64,000 nt of DNA from positions 46,624,001 through 46,688,000 of the forward strand of contig CM074514.1 of assembly GCA_037379345.1 (NCBI GenBank), in the 5' to 3' direction. Source of the stretch: Perna viridis (taxonomy: Eukaryota). The translations under genes were made by a program, and so were the position numbers. The notes beneath the pieces are model-generated. The model was not told where the DNA came from and made no database searches. It was given only the letters and a program-made list of their open reading frames with translations. Shown piece after piece: positions 39,033 through 50,567 of the stretch (position 1 is the stretch's first letter; every line of letters begins with the position of its first letter).

Positions 39033-42000
39033 AACTGTTTTCTGCACCCTTAGGCCTCCTTGGAATGGGAAATGCCTTTAAATGCACTTTTAAACTCAAA
39101 ACTATTTTCAATTGCTGCGGTCGCCCATGACTCATTGGGTAAAGTGAGGTAAATGTAAGTTCAAAGTTGTTACATGTCAGACAAATATACAGAAAAGGTG
39201 AATGCATTATACAACCACAATTGATTGTTTTGAGTACAATAAAAATAACATTTAAATGCAACGATGTCTTTATTGATAACCGGGTGTTCTCGGCAAATAA
39301 AATTAAACAAGATGTCGAACCCTACATCATGCTAAGAATACCCCCACTCAACAATTTCAGTCAAAGCTGGGAAATGAACACAATACAGATTATCATAAGA
39401 AACAGATATATACATGTATGTACCTCATTTGCCATTTAGATTCAGCTACTGGACTCAATACAAAATTTATACATGTTAACAAGATTGAAATTAAGCAATG
39501 TCTTTATTGCAAATCAAATGTACAATCTGATATATATTTATGTATTGACGGAAGTCTTATCTGGTCTGCCGATACTTCATTGCTATTTAGTTTTAGCTTT
39601 AAGACTCGGTGTAAAATTCATACATGTTTACAAGTTCATAATTGACATTATTGCAACAATGTCTTTATTGCAAATTAAATGTATTCTTTATCGATAAATG
39701 AAGTAAAATAAAACAACAAATAAAAAAAGTGAAATTAGAGTTCATACTAAATAAATCAAACATTCAACAAGATCACAAGGTCTTTTCAAACATCTCATTT
39801 GCTATTTAGCTTAAGCCCAAACTACTGTAAGGTTTATTTAAATCTATGAAAATCCTCAATTCTGATTTTAAAGAAGAATAATTCTTGTAAGGAGATCATA
39901 TTTGTAGATAATGTTGAGCTGAGTTCAATTTTGTCAAGTAAAGTTTTCTCTTACACTTGGATTTTTTTTTGTGATAAAGGAAATACTGTGACAAATTATC
40001 AATTACGATATTAAAATGGAAATACACTCATAAAACTAGTTAGCTTAGAAAAGAGTTGTATAAAAATACAGCAATATCTTCATCGCTAATAACATGTATT
40101 CTCACTTAACAACATGATGATGAACACCAAGTGATGATATGTTTACACAATGTCCATCACCCAAAAGTTCTCGCTTAGGATGTTGTCAAATTCTGAACGG
40201 AAATTCATAATGTTTTCATATATTTTGGATAACATTAGTATACATCCGCATGTGTGAGCTATTGGCCTCCTTTGTAGACCCTGCATAACTGCAAATTCCA
40301 CTTTAATACACCTACTTATTAATAGATCTGAACCAGTACAAAACCTTAAGAATTTTTTCAATGTTCCATCATCTAAGTTCTTCACATATTTCTTCAGGTA
40401 ATTAGATACTTCTGATGATTGTGCATCCATTGGATCTGGAAACTGAAGGATCTGTACTACCTTTTTATTGGTTGGTTCCAACTGTCCATAAATACCATTT
40501 AGATCAATTGATTTTAATCTTATGTAGTTATTAGCAAAAACATCCTTCCAACAATCTATCACAAACCTTGGTGATTGTAATATCTCTTTGTGGGATATTT
40601 CTTGCAGAATAACTTTAAAAGTGTCATTTTTTGGAATTTTCTTGCACTCATGACTGTCCAATGCCTCAATTAAATCATCTATGTCTATTTCTGAAAAGTT
40701 TGAACATGCTTTAACAAAAATTTATTTGTCTGGTACAGATACAAAATTATAAAAGTTATTCATAAGCTCTTCCTTCTAAAGATTTTCATGACCCAAAAGA
40801 CATTGTGACAGAAATGTTTTTGATATCTGAATAGGCCAGTACCCAGTTTTTCTGAACCCATATACCAATATACGTGCAACTGATTTCCATTTTTCTTCAC
40901 CAAAGTCGTGGCGTAGTGTTGGAACTTTAACTGTTCTCCCAAGAGTACAGGTCTCGTAAAACAACTGCCAAAACTCACTTAATAAGTCTCCTAATACATC
41001 ACCTGAATCTTCTGCCTTTTCAGTTTCTCCATTTGGTAGAACTCTTGTAATTGATAGAGAATCGTCACATATTGCTGGATCTTTGAAATATCCAATCATC
41101 TCTATCAAGGACATTGATACACGATGAATTTGAATACTAGGAAGAGGAGTTGCTGCTTCATATGGCAAAGTACTGTCACTGTCATTTACAACTCCTTCAT
41201 TTTCAAGGGCACCATCCAAATTAAAAACTATCTCAGGATCTACTTCTGTGACAGATTCTCTATTTACTGTTTCAGAATCAAAAATATATTCCGGTAAAGT
41301 TGGTGGAACATTAACTTCATAGAGTATACAATTTGCAGTTTCACTTGTTCCACTGCAAGAAATATTAGGATCTGGTAGAGTCATCATCTGATAAATCTAC
41401 TCTCTTTGATTGACCTTTATACACTGATTTCTCTTTGTTAAAATCTTTCGCAGTTTTGATGTTGTGGCCAAATAAAATCTCAGAATATTAACACCAGTTT
41501 TTTCATACCATTCTTCAATGGAGTCATCACCTTCTATTACATCCTCTGAAAAGTCACAAAGTTGGAATTCAAACTGGTCAGAAGATCCTAGTTTGCTTTT
41601 CCCTTCAGGGAAAAAATGGCTTTAGCTTTTGCAACTATTTTTTTCTCTTTTTAAAGCATTTGGGAAGGTCAAACTTTCTTCTGCTGCAACGATTTTTCTT
41701 TTTTACTTGCTTGAACGTTGTATTACTTACATCAAAATTAATCCAACCAATTTCAACTTTCCTAGTTTGCTTTAAAGCATTTCTGTTTCCAAAGAGATGG
41801 GACCTTTTAGTAGGCTCTTCTTCCTCTTCTGAATCACTCTTGTTTTTTCTGTATGTTGAGTTTTCGTCTCAAAGTTTTCATGAAAGAAGATTTCTTTTCT
41901 TGTGCTGACCCCTTCAGCCCTCTCTCACAGAATTTTTCAAAACAAATTTGTCTCCAGCTAAAGGAATAAACTCCTTCAAAGAACCATCAGGAATAGTTTG

Positions 42001-42239
42001 AAGTATATGCTGATCAATCTACAAGAAAACAACATTTATTTGTATCATTTTCAGCTAATTAATTCATAACATGAACTTGACAGCATCAAATTCATGATAA
42101 GTATAGGTAAGCCCAGGATTTTGTGTATAAAAAATAAATAGATCAGTTCAAAACAACAGCCAATATACTTGCTCATTACTGACATAGTACAGAAAGAATT
42201 ATATTATGGGCCTACTCACAAACGATAACCCCTGCATGC

Positions 42240-43170
42240 CTCATGCAACAAAAGGTTGTTGCTTTGTTCAAATTGAACATTAATTTCCAAGGAGGAGTTG
42301 TGCTTATGAGGCCATCTTTTAATTTTGAATATCTAAAATGTCAGAGTTGAATTACCTCCCCTAAATAATATCAGAGAATAATTATTTTCCTTCATGCACA
42401 TCAGTATATGATGTCCTTCCTTCGTATTAAGTTTCATCAAATTTCATGCAGTGGTTAAAGAGGAGTTGCGCTTACGAGAAATGTGGACAGACAGACAGAT
42501 ATACAGGGCAATATCTATATATCTCCCCATAATGACTGAAAAAGTCGAACTACATGTACATCTCCCTTCAATGACGTTCGAGCTCAATTATTTTTCTTCA
42601 TGCACATCTCCATATGGTGTCCTTCGTTTGTGTACAGTATAATAAAATCTGTGCAGTGGTTTTAGAGGAGTTGCGCTAACAAAAAATGTGGAGAGACAGA
42701 TGGACATATAGGGTGATTTATATATACCCCAAAAGTTTTCAGGGGTATAAAGAGACATACCGTGGCTGTTCACTGTGCATTGGGAACAAAAGATTGAGTG
42801 GATACTAATACAGTTTCATTTTCTGCATTCAGAATGGAAGACCATTTATGTTTTTTTAGCATTATGCAAAAAAAAAAAGTTTGAATGTATCTTTTGAAAT
42901 GTGAGGGTTTCAAAATTAGTAGTGTGATTACCACTACCACAGGAAAAAGGTTTGTCAGAAGGGCATTTTACCTCTGGGATCAACTTGTCCTTAACATATT
43001 AGACTAGACATATTGTGAGCCCGTAAGTGATATGTGAGAATAATTATTTAAAGTTTCATCAAAATCCAAGAAGGGGTTTTCAGAAGGAACTGCCCTTATG
43101 GCAATCTTTTCAATGGACAGACAGGGTGATTCATATATACCCCCAAAATTTGTTTGCTGGGGGTATAACT
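42240..43170 (+). mobile_element. Two Helentron/HINE-like non-autonomous elements in intron 2 of the HECT gene
   Basis: aagtttcat..aatt...agaggagttgcgct core repeats, (GACA)n tracts, and terminal hairpins tatacccc...ggggtata at ~42723-42748 and ~43136-43167. Confidence 0.6.
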
Positions 43171-44671
43171 AGTCATGGGAAAACATATATTGATCTATTT
43201 CTAGCACATTGCCCCTGCCAGTAATGTTTATAACCATTTGAAGCTTAATAAAATTTAAGAAAGCAAGGGTAAAAACCATGAATACATGTATTACTTTAAT
43301 ACTGAAGTGGATGTAATTTTTTGGTAGATAAACCATGATTTTCATATAGCTTATGATATGATAGTGGGAGCAATTAATTACTGGTGGTGGGCATAGAGGG
43401 AGAAAAGTGATGAATTTTGAGAAGAGGGGCAGGAAAGGGAGAAGAGGAGTAGAGGAAGAAGGGTGAAAGGGCCCAACTGTTCACCCCTCATTACTATGGT
43501 ACTTCATTTGCACTTACCAACTTATTATCATTCAAGACTTTAATTTGGTCATCAGTATAGCCTCTTAACTTTAAGAAGGAAATAATTTCTTTCTCTATAT
43601 CCATATCTGGACTCCCTGTTAAATGTAAAGAAACAAATAATTTTTTGTATTCAATAATGTAAAAAACAAGAGGCTCACAAAAGCCTGAATTGCTTACGGC
43701 AAACAATGCCCTATAAACTAAGCAACAAAGCAAGGCTTAAGCCATTTACAAAATTTTCATAATCCTCATTTAACTTAAAATACCATGTTGCCGGTGTAAA
43801 CCAAATATTGTTGAAATCCAAACAAGCGTAAAAATTTCCCTAAAAAATTGCAATTTTTTTTCATTAAAATGGTCATCCAGAACATATTTGTTGTCATCAC
43901 CATTCAATTCCGGATACTATGGTTCCTCTGAAAACCAAAGATCGTTAAAATTAGCAAATGTAAATATCGGGGGGGGGAGGGTGCTAACCTTACCACAATA
44001 CAACTTAGAGTATCATGTTTTACCTTTAGCTTTTCGGTCATTATTCTGCATTTTTTAAACGCGACGTTTATATTTGGACTTACTGCCCTCACCCATTCTT
44101 ATTCGAGAAGCAATTTTTCTCAAAGCAAAAAAAAACATATTCATTTCATAGAATTTAGCAATCGTAATGTCTTTATATGATGTCTAAAAAATCCAAAGGA
44201 TAAACTTTTATTAATTTGTGCCATTTCTATTTTTTTTAATAAAGAAACTCGTTTATTTTGCGAAAATAAGTCATAGGGTCCTTTCTTGTGATCTTGAACT
44301 TAATGATATTCTAGACAAAAACAATAAAGACAGTTACGATTCTTTATCAAAAACATTTGGGTGGAGTGGAGCATGTTTATGAATAAAGCGGCTTTCAATT
44401 TGTGATGTGGTGATGCCTATGGAACTGCATTCTAAATATCATAGACCTATCATATACGTTGTTCATGTTCAACTGATGTAAGCAGAAAAACCATTAAATT
44501 TTAAAAGTCGGTTGATCATGACTGTTGGGGATTTATGCATAATACGGCTTTGAATTTGTGATCAAGTGATGCTAATGCAACTATATACCAAGTATCATTG
44601 ACCTAGCATAAGGGGTTCATGTTTAAATTAACTTATATCAGGCACTTGATTCTACGATTTTTTTCCATTAG

Positions 44672-44751
44672 CGGTGGCGGATCCAGAGAGGGACCAATGT
44701 TTGGCCCTGTTTAGTGGGCCCCTCTTATGAAAATTTCTGGATCCGCCACTG
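44672..44751. mobile_element. 80-bp MITE with C(A/G)GTGGCGGATCCAG TIRs
   Basis: 15-bp TIR with 1 mismatch. attag is repeated on both flanks. Confidence 0.75.
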
Positions 44752-45975
44752 ATTAGTACTTATATATAAAGTAATATAAGTACTAATGGGAAAAATAAAA
44801 CGCCAGGATATGAAATAAAGAGAAAAGCTACGACAAAAATACATTTCATTTTGTAGGTCTTGTCGATATGTACCAGATTTACAAGGGGTTAATAGTGTCA
44901 AGGAAAAGAAACGCCCAATAAAATTGAATGTGGTTCACTATCCTCAAGTTGTGGACATTTAGCCGAGTTTTACGTCCCAAAGTTTCACTTCAATAATTAC
45001 CCCACAAATCATGAGTAAATATGACCTATTTTAATGAAATAAAGCTTGTTAAACTCCTAACTGTTTCGTACATAAGAAGTTCTAATTTGGAATCATAACT
45101 TAACTCTTTTGTAGTTTTCGAACTATTCCGGTTTAAATCATTTATTCAATAAATCTTACAAGGCCTCCTCTCATAATGGGATACATGAAATGGTCACCCC
45201 CTTTCAATGTTTTATAAAACTAGAAGTTGTGTCTATGAGCCAAGCACGTGGAGCCAAGCATGCCTCCGATCGTTTTAATCAAGTCGCTCTAGCAGAAAAT
45301 GTAGGTCAAGGTGACCTAATTCATAATAATCCTGTTGTACTACGAGTAACCGAGATCTATCTACTGATCAAGTATGGAGGCCAGAATATATATTTCCAAA
45401 TTTGCCGGGCCATAATGATTTTTTTTTTATTAAAAAGCTACGCCGAGTGTAGCATGATACAACAGAGAACATTGAGGGACCTATATGAACAGTAATTTGC
45501 CTTGACACATGAAGCGAATTGTGGATTGTCTACGCATCTTTGTCACATGTAGTACATACTGCATTCTTTGAAAAAAACATTGCATGATTTTTTTCCCAAA
45601 TCAGACAAAGAATCAAAAATTAAACTTTTGGTCATACATGTTTCCCAACTCTGGCCTCTATAAGGTGGCATTACAACGATTTAAGATACATCAAATCCGT
45701 TGCCATATTACTGAAAGCCGTGGATTAAAGCTACATTTAGAGAAGAAATCATTAAATTCCAATGAAAAATGAAAATTCGGCCCTTTTGACCCTTAATTAC
45801 TCGGAAACCATAAGAACTATCAAAAATCTAATTAAAAACCAAGGCAGAGATTTTATTGAGGAACATAATGTTTTTTTTTTCAAAATCTTACCAGAAATAA
45901 AAAAAATATGTATATTTTTTTGGCCGTTGCCCAACTTTGCTGTGTGATATTCTATCTACTATTTATTCCCCAGTA

Positions 45976-47094
45976 ACACTGTCACGTTTCGCCAGCTAGG
46001 TTTTAGTACGTTTTAATTTGCTACGTTTATTTAATTTTTTGTCATTTATCAGTCATTTATAAGGGACAATAATTATTATACTGTTAAGCTGTTAAACACT
46101 TTTTCACATTTATCTACGAATTTTTACGCTATGTTACGGACGATTCAGGTTTTTGTGTTAGGTTTCAAAACGTTTTGTCACGTACATGTACATTTTACTC
46201 CGTTTCGCTAGGATTCAGTACGTTTGAACTACGGTGAGGTGCGTTTCAAATACGTTTTAGTACGATATGATACGCTTTAAAGTTTTGTACGTAGATTCTA
46301 CGTACTATCACGTGTAACCGTGTTTAAACTTACAAATATCGCTTGAAACGTCATACATAACTTAATCTTTTTGGTGAAATACTCATAAATCAGCAAAACA
46401 AAAGCTCAAGTAACTAATTTTCAAATTTGCTTTATAACATAATTGTTCATAATTACATTCCTCAGATTTACATGGTTATTCTGTTATTATTCCGAGACCT
46501 ATATTGACCAATCAGTAAAGATGAAGCACAAAATCAATCTTTCTATTCAATCTTTGTTTATGCAAACAGAACCGAAATTGGCAAACCGTGCTCTTCTAGT
46601 TCACAATATTTTCTAAGTATTGCAGATTTATGCAACCAATGTTGAAAATTCTGTCAAACGTGGATTTTTACTTAGTAACAATGTCGTCAGTGGTAAATGT
46701 GAAGGAAAACGCACGACAAGCGCAATAATACCTCTGTATAGTAAAGCCTAAAATATGTATCTTCTAACATAACATAACTTAACAAAACCTAACAGAACGT
46801 GCTCAAATGCATTCATACCTTTGGATTTCTGTTGTATTAGGCATTAATACGCTTTTAGTACGCATTGATACATTTGCGATACCCTTTTCTAAGTTTTAGT
46901 ACGTTTAAATTTTCGTACCGTTTGTTTTGTGCAGACCAATACAAACCGGACTGGTCACGTATCAATCTACGTATAGTTACGTATATCGCCGTTTTAAGTA
47001 CGCGTTGATTCCATTTGATACATCTATTACCGTTTCACTATATTTATATGGAAACGTAGTTAAACGAGATAGCCAAAACGTGACAGTGTGAGCT
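45976..47094. mobile_element. ~1.1-kb non-autonomous DNA element in intron 1 of the HECT gene
   Basis: 14-bp TIR acactgtcacgttt / aaacgtgacagtgt, with recurrent ttttagtacg-type motifs near both ends. The right end is followed by TTAA. Confidence 0.6.
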
Positions 47095-47589
47095 TTAATC
47101 TAGTACAGGTCTTTAAATCACACACTTATTGTCGGTGACATTGATTTTTTAGGGTTTTTAGGGTATATGAAATGTCCATACTTACCCAAATACATTATAT
47201 CTTCACATCTATGCACGTTTTTTATCAATAACTAAACGCTTCTTCCAAATAAAACTCATTTAAAGCAATGTGTAATTCGTTGAAAATAAACGCATGCGAC
47301 AGACTAATTTCATGAAATGTAGTTTTTCGGAGAACAACTGGGGAATAAAAAATGCTCTGTATGGTAACGAACTAGTCTACATTTTACAACATAAAGATAT
47401 AAGTAGTATCATCTAGAGATATGCTATAGACATTATGATACATACATGAATATTCTGCAATGGCATAATAATGCGTAAAATATCGAAATATCATTTACAT
47501 ACCTTCCTTCTTTCCACCGGTCGCCATTGCTTCGTTTTCCGGAAATCCCGCGACAGTCCTGCGCGATTAATTCGTAATATCAAAATATT

Positions 47590-48058
47590 ATCTTGTATTT
47601 TCGACTTAACTACGTCGTAATTTCGACTTAGCTATGTCATTATTTCGACATATTATGTCGTAATTTCTACATAGCTATATTGTTATTTCGACATAGTATG
47701 TCGTAATTTCTACATAGTATGTCGTAATTTCGACTTAGCTTTGTCGTAATTTCGACATAGTATGTCGTAATTTCGATTTAGCTATATCGTTATTTCGACA
47801 TATTATGTCGTAATTTCGACTTAGCTATGTCGTTATTTCGACATATTATGTCGTAATTTCTACATAGCTATATTGTTATTTCGACATAGTATGTCGTAAT
47901 TGCTACATAGTATGTCGTAATTTCGACTTAGCTATGTCGTAATTTCGATTTAGCTATATCGTTATTTCGACATATTATGTCGTAATTTCGACATAGCTAT
48001 GTTGTAATTTCGACATAGTATGTCGTAATTTCGACTTAGCTATGTCGTAATTTCGACT
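47590..48058 (-). repeat. Right subterminal array of the same ~21-bp unit, roughly 20 copies, inverted relative to the left array
   Basis: (tatgtcgtaatttcgacatag/ttagc)n directly inside the right TIR. Confidence 0.92.
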
Positions 48059-50257
48059 CTTTATTTTTTTTCAAATGACCCTAACCGGCTTCCGTAATAT
48101 TGCAATGCAGTCGATGGAAAAAAAACCTCTCATGGCATAAAAAGAAAAGTGCATGATAATAATGAAAGAAAACAGAGATTATCAAAATGTTGATTTATAA
48201 TGAAATTAATCACGTAGTCTTTGAATCAGTTGATGTAGTTACATTTTTATTATCTTAAATGGACAAAATGTTGAGTCTTTAAAACGGATGCCTTGACTTC
48301 ATAGTTTTGTATCCAGGAAAACAGTTTCAGTTTTTAAATCTTTTAACTAAATGGGTCCAGAATTTTTGGGTATTAGCATAAGCAGGTTTTCGATCGACTA
48401 GACAAAATAATAAAAAAAAACTTGTATGTGACAAAAAGGTGAAATCGAATACATGCGACGAAAGCCTTTTATCATTTATTTGATGTAGATCTAAAAGAAA
48501 ATTTTTAAAAATGTTCAATTTCATACAGAAGATATATTTGAGGCAATACTAAAAGTTTTGTGAAAAAACATCATCGAACGATAAATGCTAAATAAACAAT
48601 GTATACATGTATATTTCTGTTATTTCCTGTCTACTGTCTTGATTGACCTGATCATATGACACTTTTAAATGTATGAAGATGCATGACCATATCGGGAACT
48701 AGTTTATTACTAATATGTGTGTCCTGTTCAAAAAGGACAATATTATTGGAAACTCGATATTTATTGTATTCCGAAGACAAAATGTTAAAAGTTAAGCTCC
48801 CGTTGCGATATTCCCTGGATAAAAATCGTACTTAACCATATTCTTATCAATTTTTCATTTTTGCCCACTCTAGTAAGTATTAAATGTATTACAATCGCAC
48901 TTCAGAAAACAAATTGGAGAAAGGTTATTATTTATTAATGTATAATCCTTAAACTTAAACAATTAACACTATTTTATTATTTTGTTTGTAAAACAAACAT
49001 CGGAATAAATTTCACCAATTACATGAAAAATGCATCAATATATACTTCATATCCAAAAATGTATTTACATATGCGGAAACGATTTCTTTTTTTCTTATTT
49101 TATTACAGATTTAATTGCATTTATATTTTTTCATGAACAAATTTGGTGGAAACATTCCATTGGAATATTTTTGAGCATTTTTAATTGGTTTAATCAGAAG
49201 TCAATATCATGGATATTACTCAGTGAGGCTGGTGATTGAGTGAGTGAAAAATTGTTTTCCCATAATTAAGCCGTGACGAGAAAAGAGTAATTTATAAAGG
49301 GTAGAATTTCTTAAAAGGTAGCGATATATGGGATTGAAATGGCTTAGCCTGCTGCCTAATCCCCTTCATTATCAAATACGTTGTACTTAAAGAGTTCATC
49401 TCATACTTGCATAAGTTCCTTTGCCTTTACTTTATAACATTTGCTTTCTTTCTTTCACTTAATTTAACAAAAAACAACATCAAGAAGGCAGATTCATTGT
49501 ATTGAATCATAAACACGTATGCTTAAAACGGAAGTTATGGGAAAGCCAAGTAAAGATAACACTGTATCACAAAATGAAAGGAATACTTAAGTGAATGAAT
49601 ATACATTACTTCAAGTTAGTTTAATAAGTCAACGTTTTCTACGTTCCTCCGCTGTCGGTAGTTGTTTACAGTCTATGCGACTAATTGCATGATTGTTTCA
49701 ACATTGATTGAACATATAGTGTTTTGCTAGTATCACTAAATCAGGAATTCGATTTATGATATAATTATTTTAGCATCGATCCACTCGGAAGAACAATGTA
49801 ATTTTTTAGCTGGGTTTTACGAAAAAATTATTGATATTGCTGATCACAGAACACAACGTACAAGCTTTAACATACAAATATATTTAAAGAATGTTACATG
49901 AAATTCCTAAGTTTGGTAGCAATAATTCTAAATTATTAAGCAGCATGTTGAAAACTGTCCATAACCTTCATAGACTTAGAGAAATGCATAGATTGTATAC
50001 AATTTTTTCTTCAAGGAAAATGTTCCTAAACCATTATATCCACAATATTGTAGCCCCCAAATTGAATATTGCCATAGATCTCATAGACAGCGTTAATCAG
50101 CAATGACGACTCCGACAAAAGCAAAATTAACGATAGATAAAAAATGTTAATCAAACTTGCTGGTGATTCATGTCACAAGTTAAATTATGTTATTTTACGA
50201 GTGTAAAATTCGAAAAAAAAATCATCTTATATGTAAAACCATGTGACACATACATAC

Positions 50258-50567
50258 CAAGTGTGAATGTTACGTCCGGTTTAGGTATGACCATCATATC
50301 TAGTATGCCTTTTGGTATTCTATATTCTGGAACTCTTTCCACTTTAATTCGTGGACATATTCCATCATTTTGAAGTTTTCTACACACTCTTAATTCAGCA
50401 TTATTTAACGTAAAATAATGTCCATCTTTATAAAATACTTGTAGTTTTGGAATTTGCTTCTTCTCCTTCACACTTTTTACTTTTTTGTCTAGATCCGCTT
50501 CAGTCACAAGTTGCTCTGATTGACTCGCATCACATGTATAAAGAATATTCAGAGGACAGAGATACAT
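50258..50567 (-). CDS. Host gene exon 1: ParB/Sulfiredoxin-like domain with degenerate motif (MYLCPLNILYTCD...IPKLQVFYKDGHYFTLNNAELRVCRKL...VTFTL)
   Basis: ATG at 50567 has an in-frame stop upstream and an acceptor near 50610, so the upstream part is UTR. 103 codons plus 1 nt end at a canonical G|GTATGT donor (phase 1). Motif order matches ParB-like proteins (L.P..I.(F/Y)T.DS...IP.I.V...G.Y..LDNRRL). Confidence 0.7.

Larger units (their letters stand above)
40143..47527 (-). pseudogene. Transposon cargo gene: SAM-like N-terminus, conserved middle domain, acidic linker and C-terminal HECT E3 ligase-like domain; frameshifted
   Basis: Exons 47527-47503 (MATGGKKE G|gtatgt), 43615-43518 and 42018-40143 are phase-consistent. 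HECT N-lobe motif EKAEDSGDVLGDLLSEFW; C-lobe LKKFLRFCTGS...RPIAHTC with the catalytic-position Cys. Several frameshifts and stops lie between 40660 and 41940. Confidence 0.85.
32976..48096 (+). mobile_element. IS3EU-type eukaryotic DNA transposon (transposase plus HECT cargo) with several nested insertions
   Basis: Imperfect TIRs: left TACGGAAGCCGATTAAGGCCACTT, right (reverse complement) TACGGAAGCCGGTTAGGGTCATTT, 20/24 identical. TAY..RTA termini are characteristic of IS3EU. The same subterminal repeat lies at both ends in inverted orientation, and an IS3/integrase-like transposase lies inside. No TSD (taaacc vs atattg). Confidence 0.85.

Noticed and set aside
40143-41387. Functional host G2E3 orthologue
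   Set aside because: There is no PHD/RING N-terminus, there are multiple frameshifts, and the first exon lies in the transposon end. No gene symbol was assigned.
47590-48058. CRISPR-like palindromic repeat array (also 32401-32530 and 33012-33292)
   Set aside because: Units are head-to-tail with no unique spacers and there are no cas genes. Their position inside TIRs explains them as subterminal repeats.
32970-48102. 6-bp TSD for the IS3EU element
   Set aside because: The flanks taaacc and atattg do not match, so no TSD is claimed.
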